From assembly GCA_949358305.1 (NCBI GenBank), contig OX442314.1, positions 12,214,001 through 12,278,000 on the forward strand: a stretch of 64,000 nucleotides of DNA, given 5' to 3'. A model generated the notes under the pieces. That model saw only the letters and a program-made list of their open reading frames with translations. It made no database searches and was not told the origin of the DNA. The position numbers were made by a program, and so were the translations under genes. Of the stretch, positions 61,337 to 64,000 are shown piece by piece; the stretch's first letter is position 1; each line of letters opens with the position of its first letter. This DNA is from Strigamia acuminata. Its lineage: Eukaryota.

Positions 61337-62192
61337 TTATTCATTCTTTCTACACACTTGCAATACCGCATCCATGTAGTCAGCTCGAGTAGCTTCGAAC
61401 TCTGGACACTTATCTTCAAGGCAATCGAAGTACGGGTGCATCTAGAGATTTAAAAAATATTAGCATACAAACATATAATACAACGTTCAATTTTTAAATT
61501 ACATCTCCTTCGCTAATGTATACTTCGTTTGCACAGATGGCAAGTTTCTTTTCGAGTGAATGCTTATTCTGTTAGTCAGTTGTACAAAAAGATTATCTTT
61601 GAGCAATTGTAAAATTTAAAAAAATAATACAATACTCACAGATTTAGTGGCATGTAATTTTAAGAACTCTACATATTTTTTATGATCGAGTTGCTGGTAT
61701 CTGTCGTACTGCATGTAAAAAGCAAAGCATAAGCACACAAATATACAAACCGAATTATTAAAAGCTTATCATACTGTGCCGCGCCTTCTGTTGAAACAAA
61801 CTCCATACATGAAATAGGCGAAGTCGCAATCCTGAAACGTTGATATACGAACAAGCAGTAGAACAACAAGAAATATGTTCTTACAACATATAGGTATACT
61901 TACATCTTTGATATTTGCTATACTGTTAACAAAACGTTTGCATTCGTCATGGAATGGTCGAACCTTAAAATAAATTTTACTTTTAACGATAAGTTAATTA
62001 CAAAATGTGTTATTGTGTAAGTAAAGAAATACAACCGTCGAAACATATTTTTGCGGATCGAAGCATTCCTAAAATAAATTACATTGTAATTACAGATTTT
62101 GCAGTTTAAAAGTTTGAAATAAACGTTCAGTTTACATATGCTGCTGCAAATGAGGACGAAACAGCAATAACTAAGAAAATCCACAGCATCAT
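61337..62192 (-). CDS. 8-Cys secreted family copy L (intact)
   Basis: MMLWIFLVIAVSSSFAAAY|ECFDPQKYVST|VRPFHDECKRFVNSIANIKD|DCDFAYFMYGVCFNRRRGT|YDRYQQLDHKKYVEFLKLHATKS|NKHSLEKKLAICANEVYISEGD|MHPYFDCLEDKCPEFEATRADYMDAVLQVCRKNE*. Confidence 0.88.
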
Positions 62193-62985
62193 TCTAGAAG
62201 GCCGAAATGTAAGAACTGTGTAAATTTTTACAAACATAAAGAATGATTTTTTGCTATTTTTATATACAGGATTTCAAACGTAGTGTGGATTCAGTGGTGA
62301 TTAAAAAAAAGTAATTAATAAAAAGTGTAAGGTAGGTACCAGTATCTATTCTTCATTTATTTAGTGTAGAATATAAGATTTCATTTAGTTGTTTTGGCAC
62401 AATGGTATACTTGAATTACATAGTTTCTTGGATATAGTTAATGCGGTTAATGTAAGATATAAACATCGAAATTCAATAATCAAATATTTATATCCTGTAT
62501 GAAAGTAATGGCATAATTTGAACTTATTATTTTACAACATTTAATGAAAGCTTATTTATTTATTTATTTATTTTAATTTTACAAATATTGGCCCACAAAA
62601 CACGATTTTTTCCCTATTTTTAAATTACTAAACTTATTGATTAAATACAAAGTTGTTGAGCACCATTTATATAATCTTAAAAGTATTTAGTTAGTCAATG
62701 AAACAGAAAGTGTTTTGAAAGTGTTCTCGGATGCAATGTTGTGACTGCTTGGCCACCCTTGGTGACCTACGTCACTCCACACACCGCCTAGTGGCCCCCA
62801 AGCCGTACCCCTCACGGAGTGGACTGGCCTAGCTGGGGAGGAGGGAGCTGAGTGGTATGGTGAGTTCAGCAACGTGGTGGCAATTACTTCCTTCGATGAA
62901 TGAGCGTTGACGAAGTGGCGGACTGGGAACTGCCAAGGCACACTTTGGTTCTGCGCACTAATCGTGCGCCGTGAGCTCAATTAGG

Positions 62986-63758
62986 GGAGTTCAATCATTA
63001 CGTCGCCCACGTTTCGTCGCCAATCATTTCGTCGCCTAAATTGGCGCCGAAATGATCATGTTTTCTGTTTCTTTTGTGTTGTGGTATCAGTTGGTTGTCA
63101 GGTTATTTCGTCGCCCACGTTTCGTCGCCATTCATTTCGTCGCCGATCGTTTCGTCGCCGATCGTTTCGTCGCCGATCGTTTCGTCGCCGATCGTTTCGT
63201 TGCCGATCGTTTCGTTGCCGGTCGTTTCGCCAATCGTTTCATCTCGATCATGGAGGCTTTTATTTCGCTTTGTGCGTAAAGTCTGTAGAACGTTACGGGT
63301 GTACTTTAGAATTGGGCCCACTTCAGAATGGGCCCAAAATTTGGTTACTCACCAAATAAACCCTCCTAAGTCCCAAAATGACATGATGGTACTGTTAGGT
63401 TAGGTTAGGATAGGTTAGGTTAAGTTAGGGCAAGGATAGGCTAGGCCAGGTTAAGTTAGGCTCTATTTGGTGAGTAACCAAATTTTAGGCCCATTCTGAA
63501 GTGGGCCCATTTCTAAAGTACATACACCCGTAACGTTCTACAGACGTTACGAACAAAGCTGTGACGTTCTACAAACGTTACGCATGATCGAGATGAATGA
63601 CGATAGCCGACGAAACGATCGGCGACGAAACGATCGGCGACGAAATGACTGGCTACGTAACGAACGGTGACGAAATAACCCAAACATATCGCTAATTAAA
63701 AAAAGCGTTTTTGGCCCATCAGGCTACGAAACGAACGGCGACAAAATGACCCGACCTC
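62986..63758. mobile_element. Foldback (Mutator-like) element with TTTCGTCGCCGATCG repeats and a central TTAGG-rich spacer
   Basis: Inverted arms ~63284-63357 and ~63465-63548; flanked by duplicated CAATTAGG. Confidence 0.7.
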
Positions 63759-64000
63759 CAATTAGGTGCATAAGTGTGGCAATCTTGCACCTGCAGGCCT
63801 GGCCCACTTCGAACAGTAAAGCTGCGCAAACAACTTAGTTTGTTGCACCAAACGGTTAATTAACGGTTTCACCCCAGCCAAATTGGGGTGAAATATGCTA
63901 GGGAAGTTCTCCTCCCCTAATTATGTAACTTGGTTTGGCATGTGCCAAACCAAACTAAAATAAAAATATACGATTTCTTACATGGTGACTTTTATTTATT

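Noticed and set aside
63395..63461. TTAGG repeats as a telomere
   Set aside because: Short, degenerate and located in the centre of a foldback element.

Overview
AT-rich eukaryotic DNA, probably from an arthropod (possibly a myriapod or chelicerate, given a Copia element carrying an MBD). The main content is invisible to the ORF track: a minus-strand tandem array of 12 paralogs (labelled A-L here) of a gene with 7 small coding exons and six phase-0 introns. It encodes a ~145-157 aa secreted protein with a conserved 8-Cys scaffold (C-X16-C-X13-C-X9-C-X41-C-X16-C-X4-C-P-X16-C), possibly distantly odorant-binding-protein-like. Eight copies splice to intact ORFs and four are disrupted. The array is interrupted by three very young full-length LTR retrotransposons: a Gypsy with a -1 frameshift signal and an apparently spliced non-env third ORF, a Copia with one stop codon, and an intact BEL/Pao. 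It also holds a Copia relic with a methyl-CpG-binding domain, a decayed Tc1, a LINE RT fragment and many MITEs. All gene models were spliced by hand and have no RNA or database support.
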